Assembly (NCBI GenBank): GCA_965603825.1
Contig: CBFDEM010000055.1
Span: forward strand, 372,001-436,000
From: Blepharisma stoltei ATCC 30299
Taxonomy: Eukaryota; Protista; Ciliophora
Reading direction: 5' to 3'
DNA length: 64,000 bases
Position 1 is the first letter of the stretch. Every line of letters starts with the position of its first letter. Positions 37,943 to 49,325 of this stretch are shown here, in pieces. A program made the translations under genes and the position numbers. The notes under the pieces were generated by a model, which worked only from the letters and a program-made list of their open reading frames with translations, was not told the DNA's origin and searched no databases.

Positions 37943-38458
37943 TTAAGGTTTTTCTAGCAAAGTAGCAAGTTCTGCCTCGAAATCGAGAGGGTTTGTTTTT
38001 GGGCCATGATAACTGATTATATTCCCCTCCTTATCAATTACGAATTTTCCAAAATTCCACCCAATCTTTCCTCCTTTAAGGGAGCTTCTTTGCCTTAGAA
38101 ATCTGAATAAGTCACAAGCTCTTTTTCCATTGACTTCTACTTTGGAGAATAAATCGAATTTTGCTCCTAGGAAGCCTCTGACGTGTTCTTTTATTTCTGG
38201 CTCTGTCCCTGATTCTTGTCCGAAGAATTGGTTGCAAGGAAAACCTAGAATGCGTAAACCTTTTTCTTCATAGCGTTTATAGAGCTCATTGAATTGAGCA
38301 TAATGTTTAGAAGTCAATCCACACCCACAAGCGACGTTAGCAATTATCAGGACGTGTCCTCTATAGCTTGCAAGGCTGACGGGGTTCCCGTCAATGTCGT
38401 TCATTGTGAAATCATAGATTGAGTTCTGTTGAAGAGGTGTGCTATCGGTACTTCCCAT
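37943..38458 (-). CDS. GPX: Cys-type glutathione/thioredoxin peroxidase, copy 2
   Basis: Tandem paralog with the same motifs; N-terminal MGSTDS. Confidence 0.93.
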   Translation of the reverse strand: MGSTDSTPLQQNSIYDFTMNDIDGNPVSLASYRGHVLIIANVACGCGLTSKHYAQFNELYKRYEEKGLRILGFPCNQFFGQESGTEPEIKEHVRGFLGAKFDLFSKVEVNGKRACDLFRFLRQRSSLKGGKIGWNFGKFVIDKEGNIISYHGPKTNPLDFEAELATLLEKP

Positions 38459-39201
38459 TTATTTAATGATTAAAGATTGTGATGTCACTTGATAATACGA
38501 ATATAAGAATTTTAATCAGGCTAAAATTAATCTTTTTGTAAAATCTATTTATTTAGAACTTTCTAAGAACTTCTGAAATTATTATTTTCAGAATTCAGCA
38601 AAATTTTTATCTCTTAGTTTTTACTTTAGAAATTTAGAATTGGTTCTACACCTAATTACTTTAAAAAATCAGCATTTTATAGTAAGTTAATTTGAATTTA
38701 TTTCCAAGCCTAAAAAGCTTAATATGCTATTTCCTAGTGCTTTCTTTTTAACTTGAAGTTATAAAAATATGCAAGTCAATTTTCAATTCGCAAGAGCTTT
38801 ACCTTTAAATTTTTGCACCTTCATGTCTTTATTATACTCTTATTAGCTCTGTTTAAACATCTTTAATAAAAATTTTTATATTAACTACTGCTTTAAAGTA
38901 TATTGTAAGATCATAAGATATATATATAATCAGCACATATTCCCAGAACTGTTAAATAATTTTTGAATTTAAATTATGTCCTGACAATAATTTATATTTA
39001 TATCTATTCTCGGGAATATTTATTTAATTTTTTTTTACGCTTTTAAATACGCATTAATTTCGTGCATGAAGTTTTTCGATAGGGTAAAATCGTATACAAA
39101 GATGAATTATGATTGTATATAGTGTTACTTTAAACATTTTTAAATTGTTGATTAGCTATTTGTGCCATTAAAGTCCAGTTGTTTATTTAATAATCAATAA
39201 A

Positions 39202-40155
39202 ATGGAAATTTACACTTTCCTAATTATTGGATTGATATTGTGCCTAATTTATTTCGTAAAATCGAAAAAAGCAGCCCCAATCGTAGTATCTGATATCATT
39301 ATCTATCCTATTAAGGGATGTGGCTCAATCCATCTAAAAGAAGGAAAAATCGTAGAAAACGGGCTTGTTGAAGACAGGCAATGGTTTATCGCAAATGACA
39401 AGCTAGAAAATATCACCCAGCGACAAAACCCAAAAATCCTTGGAATTCAACCAAGATTAATTTATAATGGCGAAGGCCAACTTACCAATATGATTTTAAG
39501 CCACGAAGGTATGCCAGATTTCAGCCTTGAAATAAAAGACTTAAGCGACAAAGAAACTGTAAACGTTGGAGTATGAAAGTGCACAGTTCCTCTTCCAAGC
39601 AAAGATGAAGGAGAAGCAGTTGGTGCCTGGATAACTGAAGCCCTCAAAGCTCCTGAAAACTACCATTTATTTAGATTTGTCGCCGACTGGCCAATAAATC
39701 ACCGTAAAGAATATCAAAGCACAGTTTCTGACGAGTTTAAAACTATGGCAACTGATATTGCCCAATTTTTAGTAATTTCTGAAGAAACCTATGCAGAATG
39801 TATTAGAAAACTTCCAGAGTATAAAAGAGACCATATCGATATCATAGCTTTTAGGCCAAATATCATGGTAAAAGGAGCTCCAAGGGCTTTTGATGAGGAC
39901 TGGTGGGAGAATTTTAAGATAAATGATGTGAATTTTCAAGGGATAGGAAGATGCTCAAGGTGCAGGGTTACTACAATTAGTCAAAAAACATTGGAATTTG
40001 ACGCTAATGGGGAGCCTGTGTCGACGCTGAGGAAAATTAATGGAAATGGAACAAAAGGATATTTGGGAATGCATTGTGTCAAGACTTGCTGCGGAACTGT
40101 TAGAGTTGGAGACCAAGTTCAGGTGGTTTCGAGACGTAAGTTCCCTGATATTTAG
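39202..40155 (+). CDS. MOSC-domain (mARC-like) protein with N-terminal membrane anchor (317 aa)
   Basis: IYPIKGC, DRQW, FRPNIMV and RCSRC; joined at the TGA at 39574. Confidence 0.9.
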
Positions 40156-40672
40156 TAAATAAGTCTCGATTAAATATTTAATTATAATGCCTACCTCTAT
40201 GATATCTTATACTACATTGCATCAAAATATGATTTATAAAGGAATTAATAATCTATTTTCTTGAAGCTTTTTATTTTATATGAGCCTTAAAGTTCTTTAT
40301 ATGGAAGGTTCTAAGTTTCTTCTATTTTAAATACCAAGGAAATAAACAAATCTATTTTAATATATAAATGCAATTTATCTTTTCTAGCGCTTGAATTAAG
40401 TACCGATTCAGGCTTTTATGATTAATAATAAATATATATTGCCAATATCTCCTATTTTCTCATTTATATTCTCATTTTTCTGTCTCAAACATAAAGCTAC
40501 TTGAGAATTTAAATACCAATTTCTAATATATTTGCATCTTTTCTTTCTTTTTTCTATCTTTCCTTAACCGATGAACAATTCGCGCCAAAACTTTTTAAAT
40601 TTTCTTTCCATATAATCCCTCTCACTTTCATAATTCTTTCTTTCTAAATATTAAAAAATTGCTTTAATTTGC

Positions 40673-41863
40673 ATGAATTCAACTGCAGCCACCCAAAGTT
40701 TTTCGCACTTCGATGCTCTTGAGAACGTTCACATCTTGACATACGATTTGCAATTTTTGTTTGACTCTGCAATATCCTCCCCAAACACCCCGCTATTACC
40801 TAAGCTCTTCGAAATGAAAGAAAAATTCCAAAACATAACAGAAGCTTGGGAATCACTTACCAATGAGCTTTATAGCAAAATTGAAGAAGAAAAAATTAAA
40901 TCTAAGAAATTCATTGAAACTCGATGCGGTTTGTATGAAAAAAATCAAAAAATTTCTGAAAAAATCCTTTTGTCACAAACACGAATTTTAAAAGAAAAAA
41001 ACGAAGAATTAGAAGATTCTTTATACAGACTTAAAAACATGTGAAGGAAAAACATAGAAGATATGGAAATTTCTGCTACAAAACATATGGTATCAAGAGG
41101 GCAGATAATGTCGAATTATCTAATTGAACTTGAACAAATTGATAAAGAAATCAACGAAGTCTTAAGTTCTTCCTTCATAAAACAGCCAAAACAAGACCCC
41201 TCATTCAGCTCAGAAATTTCTTCTCCTCCTGTCAGCTTAATTTCTTCAAAACCCTATGAAATCACCATCGACAAAGCAAGTTCCATAACTTCTTTCGAAT
41301 TCAAAAAAGCCATGGAAGGAATCAGCTTTAATTCTTTCGTAAATAACTCAAAAATCTCAATAGAAAAAAACGAAGGAGAATGAAACCCAGATTTTGATAG
41401 TGAAAAAGAAGACTCTTACTCTGTCGATGAAATTAAGCGTGCAATAGAAATTTTAAACAAAGCCCAGCTGCTAAATAAGCACGAAACTGTAGAAAAATTA
41501 AATGAGATGGTAAACAAAAGTGGGTCGACGAATATGGACTTTATTCTTGACCTTATGAGCATTAGCAAAGATATTTCTAATAGGAAAATGCCTAAAAAGA
41601 AGTTGGAAATTGACAGTTTTCAAGATGTGAGCGGTCTTGAGATCACAACTCCTAGAAGCTCGTTTTTCGTTCAGGGGAATGTTTTAAGCACAATACAGTC
41701 TCCAGGGCATAAAGCACCAATTAATTATTCAGGAGAAGTTTTGCATGATGTAAAGTATGATGAAATAATGAATGCACCAACACTGCTAGAAGTCCTTGGG
41801 CTTAAAGATGCTAATGAAGAGTTTTCTGTACTGATGTCCCCTAATAATAAAAATCATCAATAA
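40673..41863 (+). CDS. Coiled-coil/low-complexity protein (396 aa)
   Basis: Three same-frame ORFs joined by TGA; ends TAA. Confidence 0.75.
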
Positions 41864-41915
41864 TTGGTGAGTTTGTAAGTAAAAATTCAATTAAATTAAA
41901 TTTTTATAAAAATAA

Positions 41916-42080
41916 ATGGACGAGCATAGGGAAGAAGAGGAAGAATCTATGAAGGAAATTTTGGTTTCAAGAATAATCAAGCCTCTTACAAGGGGAACTT
42001 TCTTTGGACTAGGAACATGGGTTAGTTTGAAATTCCTTGGCCCTTTAGTAGCAAAAAAGTTATCTATTCCTTATAATTAA
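41916..42080 (+). CDS. 54-aa single-TM microprotein (not in ORF track)
   Basis: MDEHREEEEESMKEILVSRIIKPLTRGTFFGLGTWVSLKFLGPLVAKKLSIPYN. AAA-ATG context; fills the gap between two genes. Confidence 0.65.
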   Translation: MDEHREEEEESMKEILVSRIIKPLTRGTFFGLGTWVSLKFLGPLVAKKLSIPYN

Positions 42081-42101
42081 TGATGAATTGATAAATATTA
42101 A

Positions 42102-43601
42102 CTAAGCTGGTGGAATTAAATTTTGGCTTGAAAGTGCTATCCCATTCATATTATTCAGCCCAACTACATGAGAATCTATATAAGGAACTAGGGGTGATTT
42201 GAATTTTGGATCGATGGCTTTAGCCCTTGCAGCCAATGCATCCCATTTTGCTTCAACAGTAGCTCTTGCAGGCAAATTATGCATGGTACTTAAAGAGTTT
42301 GATCTTGCCAAGTCTCTTGATCCAGTTTGAAGAGCTCTATCGAACGCTACAGGGTCTATTTCTTTCAAAATTACTTTTAATGCATTTAACGATTCTTGCA
42401 AAATTTTATGCCAGTGAGTTTCTGCTAGTTCTACAATGACTGGAACAACCATAGGAAAAGTGACTTGTTTAAAGGTACGTAAAATACCTAAGAAATAATC
42501 ATTTTCAAAGAAACACATAGCACGATCTGCAACTTGAAGCTGAGGTCCTGAAATACACCTAACAAGCCTTTTAAACAGTTTCGGAATAAGCGGTTCAAGC
42601 TTTGCCAACTCACATACTTCTAAAACTTCTTGAAGCTCAGTCAAATATAAAGTTTCTTTAACAGAGTTCCCAAATGGCCAATATCTTAATAGCCCTTCTA
42701 CTAGTGGGATTGCTAAAGCATGATCCTTGCTTAAGAAAAGCATCGAACATCTGAGAAGCTGCTCATGGAAAATATGGGAAGTCTGGACTTTATGCAGAGG
42801 AATCATGATCACTTTAAAGAAAACTACATGCTCTTCTCTCAGAGGGACTGCAAAACCGCTGATAATTGATGCTAAAATATCCAAAAGTTCGCTGGCTCCA
42901 TTGAATCTTTGAGTTTCATGTATCATAGTTAAAAATGAGTCATTTATAGCTTTTCTTATCATTTTCCTGCGTGGTACTAACTTTGCGTAGAGCCTATGTA
43001 AAATATTTTTTAAATAATCTCTTTCTCTAGGCTCTTCACTATCAAAAAGCTGCAGAAAATCTTGAATAAAGCTGGGGGTAATAAAGACTTTTAGGCTTTT
43101 CACATCAGTTGCCTCACAAATGATCAGTTCAAAAAAGAATTCGTAAACTCCTTGTAAGTGTGGTCATGCTGGATCAATCACTATATCTTCGTCGCCACCT
43201 TCAGCGCCAGCTTCACCTGGGCCTAGTTTATCTCCGCCTTTTTTGTCCATAGGGAGTGGTCTGAAAATATTTTTCTTGATCATGTCAATTACAAGATCCA
43301 AATGAGGGATTACATATTGAGCAACATTTTTTGAGTCATTTAAAAATTCTCTTAAGTCTTGCAAAGCTGCATTTCTCTCTGCTTTGGCTTTAACATCTTT
43401 ATTGTCATCAGAATAATCATAAGTTATGCTGCACAGCTGAACTCGCTTTAAAAACATTTCTTTAGCATCTTTAGGGGTATGCTTTGTATCTGTTGCAGCT
43501 TTTCCTCTGACTGGAGGTGCAGGAGCTGCTTTTCCCACTTTTCCAACTTTGCCACGGGGTTGAGGGTTCGCCCCGGCTTTGTAAGCACCCGGCGTTGACA
43601 T
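42102..43601 (-). CDS. PPP2R5: PP2A regulatory subunit B56/B' (499 aa)
   Basis: NIFRPLP, DPA[W=TGA]PHLQGVYEFF, FDSEEPRERDYLK and GFAVPLREEH. Confidence 0.95.
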
Positions 43602-43820
43602 TTATAATCAATGAAGATAAAAATTTTTGAAAATATCGACAAAATCAAAATAATTTTATCTAAAAAACGCAGAAAAAAGGAAAAGAAATTGAGAATAAAG
43701 TTTTAAATAGATAGAGCTATATTAATAGCTGCCAGCAAAATATATATAAAATTCAGTATAAGACTCATAAAACTGCATTTTAACAGAGAATTAAGAGGAA
43801 AATTTTTGTTTAAAAAATTA

Positions 43821-44489
43821 ATGAAAGAAAGAAAATTTTCTAGACAAAATTTATCCGATACATCAATTTTAAGCGTCGCAAAGTCCCTTATAGAAGAAAT
43901 CCAAAACAATAAAAATTCTCCTCAAGCTCTATTGAAAGAGCAATATTTTATTCCTTTTATTAATGAACGAGATGGCTGTGGGAGGTTACGAAAATTCTTA
44001 GATCCTCCTCCAAAAAGGGAAAGGCCACCAATAAAGCCTACAAACACAAATCAATCTCAAATATTCAGCCGCAAAAAACTGATTTCAAAACACACAAAAA
44101 TTTCTTCAGTCCCTCCAGTTGGGATTTACTATCAGCCAGAATCCTGAATTAAGCAGTCATTCTCTCACAAGCCTTTATTGCAAGTATCTCTTACATCTCC
44201 CAAGCTAAATCTGTTCAGTGCAACGATGGAAAATACTTCTATTGACTCAAACCTTAGACCTAGCAAAAGTTTTGCAGTATCAAAATCATTTCCAAATATC
44301 AAAAAGACTAAAAATACCCAAAAGCAGACCTTTCGAAGCCGCCCTGCAAGGAAAAAAGGTGTATGAGAATGCTTGCAGATACAAACACAAATAGACGATT
44401 TAAGAGACCAGCCAAATGAGCCTTCATATACTCTCCCTTATCATGAGCGAATTTTAAGTATATTACGAGATATGAGAAAAAATAGTTAA
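43821..44489 (+). CDS. Basic protein of unknown function (222 aa)
   Basis: Same-frame ORFs joined by two TGAs; has a PPVGIYY motif like PGP-type repeats. Confidence 0.65.
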
Positions 44490-44573
44490 TAGCATCTAAT
44501 TTATTCAGTTTTTAAATATTTTTTTTGCAGTTTTTTAATATCCTCGTCTTCTGATGTGTCGCTTGATGATTCA

Positions 44574-44672
44574 TAAGATTTTCCAAATAAATGGCTTATT
44601 AAGATATAAAATTAATTGTATTTTGGATAAGAATTGGGGGAATAATATAGAGAGATTATGCAAAGAGATATA
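44574..44672. other. TA-bounded IES-like insert 2 (97 bp excised) in the STIL-like gene
   Basis: TAT direct repeat on the coding strand. Excision fuses VPKIIY to ESSSDTSEDE. No GT-AG ends. Confidence 0.55.
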
Positions 44673-45303
44673 TATAATTTTTGGAACTGCTATTGTAGTA
44701 TCTGAATTCCCACGAGAATTTGTTTTAGCTTTGGGGGGATTTTTAGGAAGATCCTGTGACGAGTCTGTAAAATATGAATTTCTTGCTGATGCTGCAGGGC
44801 TCGAAAAGAGGATTTTGGAGAAGTTTCTGAAGACTCAGACCCTTCAGTAGAAAATCTTAAATTAGGGACTCTTGGCATTCGGGGTGGTCTTTTAGGACGG
44901 TCTTTATGCATAAATGAAGTATTCGTCGAAGCCGATTGTTTTTCATGAAAAAGAGTTCTGCATGACGGCGATTTTTTATCAATTGTAGTATTTGTTGAGG
45001 AGTTCACCATTTTTGGAGAATTTCTTGCAAATTGATATTTTGGTTTTGGACTTTCAAGCTGAGTATAGCAGATTTGGCTTTGGAGTTCTTGGATTTGTTT
45101 TTCTAATCTCCTCAGCATTTGTGCTTGCTCTAGTATCAAATTTTCTGTTGAAGCCCCATTGCAGGTTTCTAAGCTTGACCTTGGTGACCTAATTGGCATA
45201 TCTTTTATGCTTGAGTATCCATCACTTGAAATGCTAGGGCTCGTAGTCTTTCTAGGTTTCCTTATATCAGCTTTTGGTGATGTTAAAATGCCATAATTTA
45301 ATG

Positions 45304-45405
45304 TATATACTTTTATTTAATTTTAAATATATATTTTATATAAAATATATATTAAGACAGCACAATAGAAATATTTTACGCATTTGAATCTTATTCAGCA
45401 GAATA
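45304..45405. other. TA-bounded IES-like insert 1 (100 bp excised) in the STIL-like gene
   Basis: Very AT-rich, has stops in both flanking frames and TAT...ATA ends. Excision restores the frame (LKGTLNYG). Internal 28-bp palindrome at 45326-45353. Confidence 0.55.
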
Positions 45406-46456
45406 CCTTTCAAAAAAGTACATGTTTCTGATAAAAACGATCCATTTTCTGCCCTTAATTCAAATATGGAATTTGCTATGCACCAGGCGGGTTTTTCTTG
45501 GGTACTAACTTCGTAAAATGCTGGCTTTGAAGAAAAATTGGCAAAAAGAAAAGTATTTTGCTCAGGGTTTGGAGAGATTCGGCCCTGAATCAGCTTGCTT
45601 TCAATAAATCTTACACAAGCTGCCTAAACTAATGGATGAGCTAATGGATTTGTATGGTCTCCAGTAGCTCCAACAGATCAGACACCTACAAGGGGATATC
45701 TGAATGCTAGAGGGTCAGAGCATAATAACGGCAAAACCCTCTTTTTTTGGTCAAGAGTCAGATAGCCAGTTTGGAATTTTACTTTTTTATCAGTTTTCTG
45801 TGTCAATTGTATGCTCAATGGTGTCGATACTATTTTCAGCATAGAAATTTGCACAAACTGCAAATTCACGTAAGGAAACAGCATTTGGCAGTTTGCGAGC
45901 AGTCGTCCATCGTTTATTACAAAACTAAAAGCAGCTTTACAGAGATCAAGGGGTTCTAAGTACTCAAATTCTGCATAAGAATCTAGTTTAAACATCAAGC
46001 TTTGTAAAATAAATTGAAACTCCCTTTTATCAGTTTCTAATATATCCCTTGAAAATAATCGAATTATATAATCTCCTGAAGACCTTGGCGTTCTTGCATT
46101 CTATTGTAGCTCATTAATCGTGACTGTTAAGTAATGAGATTGACTATATTTAGAGCCTATTAGCAATCCGCCAAATGCAGTTTGGGGAGATTCTTGTAGG
46201 CATTCTGTATATATAGATTCTAAAACTTCAGGGGTAAACTTGATTACAGGTAATATAGACGACGGCGAAAGAAGGCTTTTTTTGCCAGTAGGAGCCCTTA
46301 GTCATAATGAGGATTGTGAGGCCGATAAGTTTATTTTTTTGATAATAGAAAGTGTTCTCGTCTCAAAACTAAATGGTTCTTCTTGATAGTTATCCATTTT
46401 AAATTATTTTAACATGTTTTAAGTTTGCCAAGGATTGTAATTTTTGTTATTTAATA

Positions 46457-46984
46457 ATGCACACAGACATTAGCCCTTTTAAAACACAAAAAGCAACAGT
46501 AAGCTCTTTATTGATGTCAATAAAGCTAAAAAACAGAAACAAAATCAAGCATAACAGAGAAACTTCATTAGAAGAGCCTTTGTTTGCAGTTTCACAAGGT
46601 GGAAAAAAATATTCAAAAAATTCTCCTTATAAGGCTGATTATTCGTTGATTTTCCAGCCTCCAAAGTATGACTTGGAGAAGGTTTTTAATTTTCATGACA
46701 TGCAGCAGGATCTAGATTATTTGTTGATGCCAAAAAGAAGCTCTAGCTCAGCTACGTATACGAAAAAGACAAATATTAGAGCAAAAAGCCCTGATTGTAA
46801 TATATTTAATCAGAAATCCAGTAAAGGATTTTCGCTAGAAGCAACTGTGAGACAGATTACTCCTGGTAGGAGAATTTGTGGAAATATATTTAAACCAAAA
46901 AATGAGTGATCAACAATAAAGATAAAACATATGAATAGGTTCCATATTGCAAGGATTCCGACGGTAAAACTGGATTCCGATTAA
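46457..46984 (+). CDS. Basic protein of unknown function (175 aa)
   Basis: ORF extended past the TGA at 46907 to the TAA at 46982-84. Confidence 0.65.
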
Positions 46985-47377
46985 AAGTGATTGAATCGAT
47001 TTATATTGTGAAATATTAAAGTATTGGAATGATCTATATAAATAATTAATGATTCTTATGGTTTTGATAGAAATTAGAATAATTTCGTATAGAAAATTCT
47101 AAGAAATTGAAAAATTAAATTTATTCGACTTTATTATAATATAAGTACTGGATGGAACTTATTGTTAAAGAACATAAGCTCGCTAAGTACAATTTCTTTT
47201 TCTGCCTCCGAAAAAAAAGAAAACCCAAAGAAGCCTCTTTCCCTAAGCAGAGATAAATTAATCACCTCTCATATTTATTATTATTATTTAGTAAATTAAA
47301 TATCAATAAGATTATTTCATCTTTTCTATATACGATATTTATCCTAATCTAAGATTAATTCATACATAAAAAAAAAT

Positions 47378-48398
47378 CTAAACTTCAAGGTCAACTAGCT
47401 GATGCTGTTCATCTACCACACAATCCCCTCCTTCTTCTTCATTAAAGCTGACTAAATAATAACTTCCTTCATCATTTATACACACAATTTTATTCCCTTC
47501 CTTTATAAAAGCGCACAATGTCCTTACATTTTTAACCCTAAACTGTGCAAAACTTCATTCTGAGTCAAAATACTTTGGTAATAGCCGCTTCATAAAGGAA
47601 AAATTCGATCTCGGGTTCTGAGGTCTTTGGGCTCCTATTGAAAATATGTGTATTGTGCCTTTATCACTGCTGCAAGCCAGCCAATTTGAGTCTGGATGGA
47701 AAGCTAAACAATAAATTTCAGCTCTGTCAATGCCTCTTCTCAGCTCCTGCCTAATATCCCCTGTTTCTACGTTAAAAACCCTTATAAGAGTTCCTTTATC
47801 TGAAGCAGTCGCTACTAGAGTCCCTTCAGGGTTTAAACTAATACAAGATATAGCGCTTTCATGAGCTTGTATAGCCAAGCTTCTTTCTTCATTATAAATA
47901 TTGACTCTGATTTTACCTCTTTCTTTATCAGGGCATGCCAGTACAATTCTACTGCTATTATTAGATACACAGCAAAGTGCTTTAGGATTTGGCGCAGTGT
48001 CTATATGATCTTGCATTTTTAGGTCTTGAAGGTTATAAACGTAAATTTTTGTGTCTAAAATTACTATAATTCGGTCCCGTCGCAATCTAACACCTTTGAC
48101 TTCTTCTCTAAAACAAAGTTCTCCTGTCGGCCTCATTTGGTGGTCGTCCCAGATTATTACTTTTGTAATTGGGAAACGAGGGGAGTTCCCACCACCGACT
48201 AATGCTAAAATATTAGAGCGATATAAAAGCTCAACAAAGCCAATTCCTCCATAGAGATCTAAATAAAAATTCACCTCTTTTGAAACAGAATTTTATAGGG
48301 CAGCTGTTGAAGATTTTAAAGCCAGAGTTTGTGCCTTGAACAAAGCAGGTGGCGTCTTGGTTGAATCGGATACAAAGTTGGGAATTTACAGAGTCCAT
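47378..48398 (-). CDS. ATG18: PROPPIN ATG18/WIPI3-4-like WD40 protein, one 16-nt intron (48259-48274)
   Basis: RFNQDATCF, ATASDKGTLIRVF, ELRRG and YFDSE[W]SFAQF. Intron GTGAATTTTTATTTAG restores the frame. Confidence 0.92.
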
Positions 48399-48676
48399 TT
48401 TATAAGAAAAATTCAGTTTTGGGTATAATTTTTATAGCGGAAGACCTATTAAGTCTAATTTAACAATGCTTTATAATTTTTAATAAAAATAAAGTTTGCA
48501 TTCTAATGATTCTACTTTATCAATAATTATTTTATTTAATATCGCTTTTTATCACAAAATTTTGTTTTTAAACAATATTATTTATGCTTGTATATCATTT
48601 CTATATCATTCTTTCTTTATTTTCTATAATTTACTGATAATGACCAATTTAATATCTATCCATAATAATAAAGAAA

Positions 48677-49117
48677 ATGAACCCTCATCAAGATTGGAAT
48701 AGAGTTGTATTCACCGGACCAGTAGGAAAAGCTAAGAAAGGCGAACAAGCAATTCAAGATGCCCAAAGAAGAGGTGCAAATATTGAAACAGTAAGAAAAG
48801 CTCAAGGCGGGCATAACCAGCATGGCCCTCAGGTAAATATCAGGAAATTGGCTGAAGAAACTGATGTGGTTGACGTTCCTCAATTGTCCCATGAGTTCAG
48901 AATTGAAATGCAAAAGGCAAGAGTCGCTGCAGGACTAAGTCAAGCTGATTTAGCTAAAAGGATTAACGAAAAGCAGAGCGTTGTTAACGAATATGAAAGT
49001 GGAAGAGCTGTGCCTGATAATCAAGTTATCGTAAAAATTGAAAGAGCGCTGAATTGCAGACTTCCAAGGCCTCCAAAGCCTCCAAAAAGAAAGGCATCAG
49101 AAGAAGAGAAATTCTAA
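48677..49117 (+). CDS. MBF1: Multiprotein bridging factor 1
   Basis: QDW...LSQADLAKRINEKQSVVNEYESGRAVP. Confidence 0.93.
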   Translation: MNPHQDWNRVVFTGPVGKAKKGEQAIQDAQRRGANIETVRKAQGGHNQHGPQVNIRKLAEETDVVDVPQLSHEFRIEMQKARVAAGLSQADLAKRINEKQSVVNEYESGRAVPDNQVIVKIERALNCRLPRPPKPPKRKASEEEKF

Positions 49118-49325
49118 ACTATTTTAACTTAGATCCCATAGGCTAGCAAGACATGGTCATTAAGAAAATTAATATTCAAACAGTCACGAAAAGGCAAATA
49201 AAATTAAACTTTTCTGCTAATAATTATCGCAAAATTTAAAACAAAAACACCCACAAACCAATTCCCAAATTCTACCCCAATTTTCCATTTTATACGGTCA
49301 AAACAATTTCTTTAAGTTTTTTAGC

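Larger units (their letters stand above)
44501..46397 (-). pseudogene. STIL: STIL/SAS-5/Ana2-like centriole-duplication gene, interrupted (2 TAG, 2 inserts, 1 frameshift); pseudogene or recoded gene
   Basis: STIL_N-like GYLTLDQKKRVLPLLCSDP...PLVGV[W], HPLV*AACVRF and FLFANFSSKPAFYEV. Short coiled coil LRRLEKQIQELQ. C-terminal PKIIY-ESSSDTSEDEDIKKLQKKYL after insert removal. Confidence 0.7.

Noticed and set aside
44574-45406. The STIL inserts as U12-type introns (ATATCT/GTATTC starts, TCTTAAT)
   Set aside because: Poor match to RTATCCTT, no AC/AG end in frame for insert 2, and a minor spliceosome is not known in ciliates.
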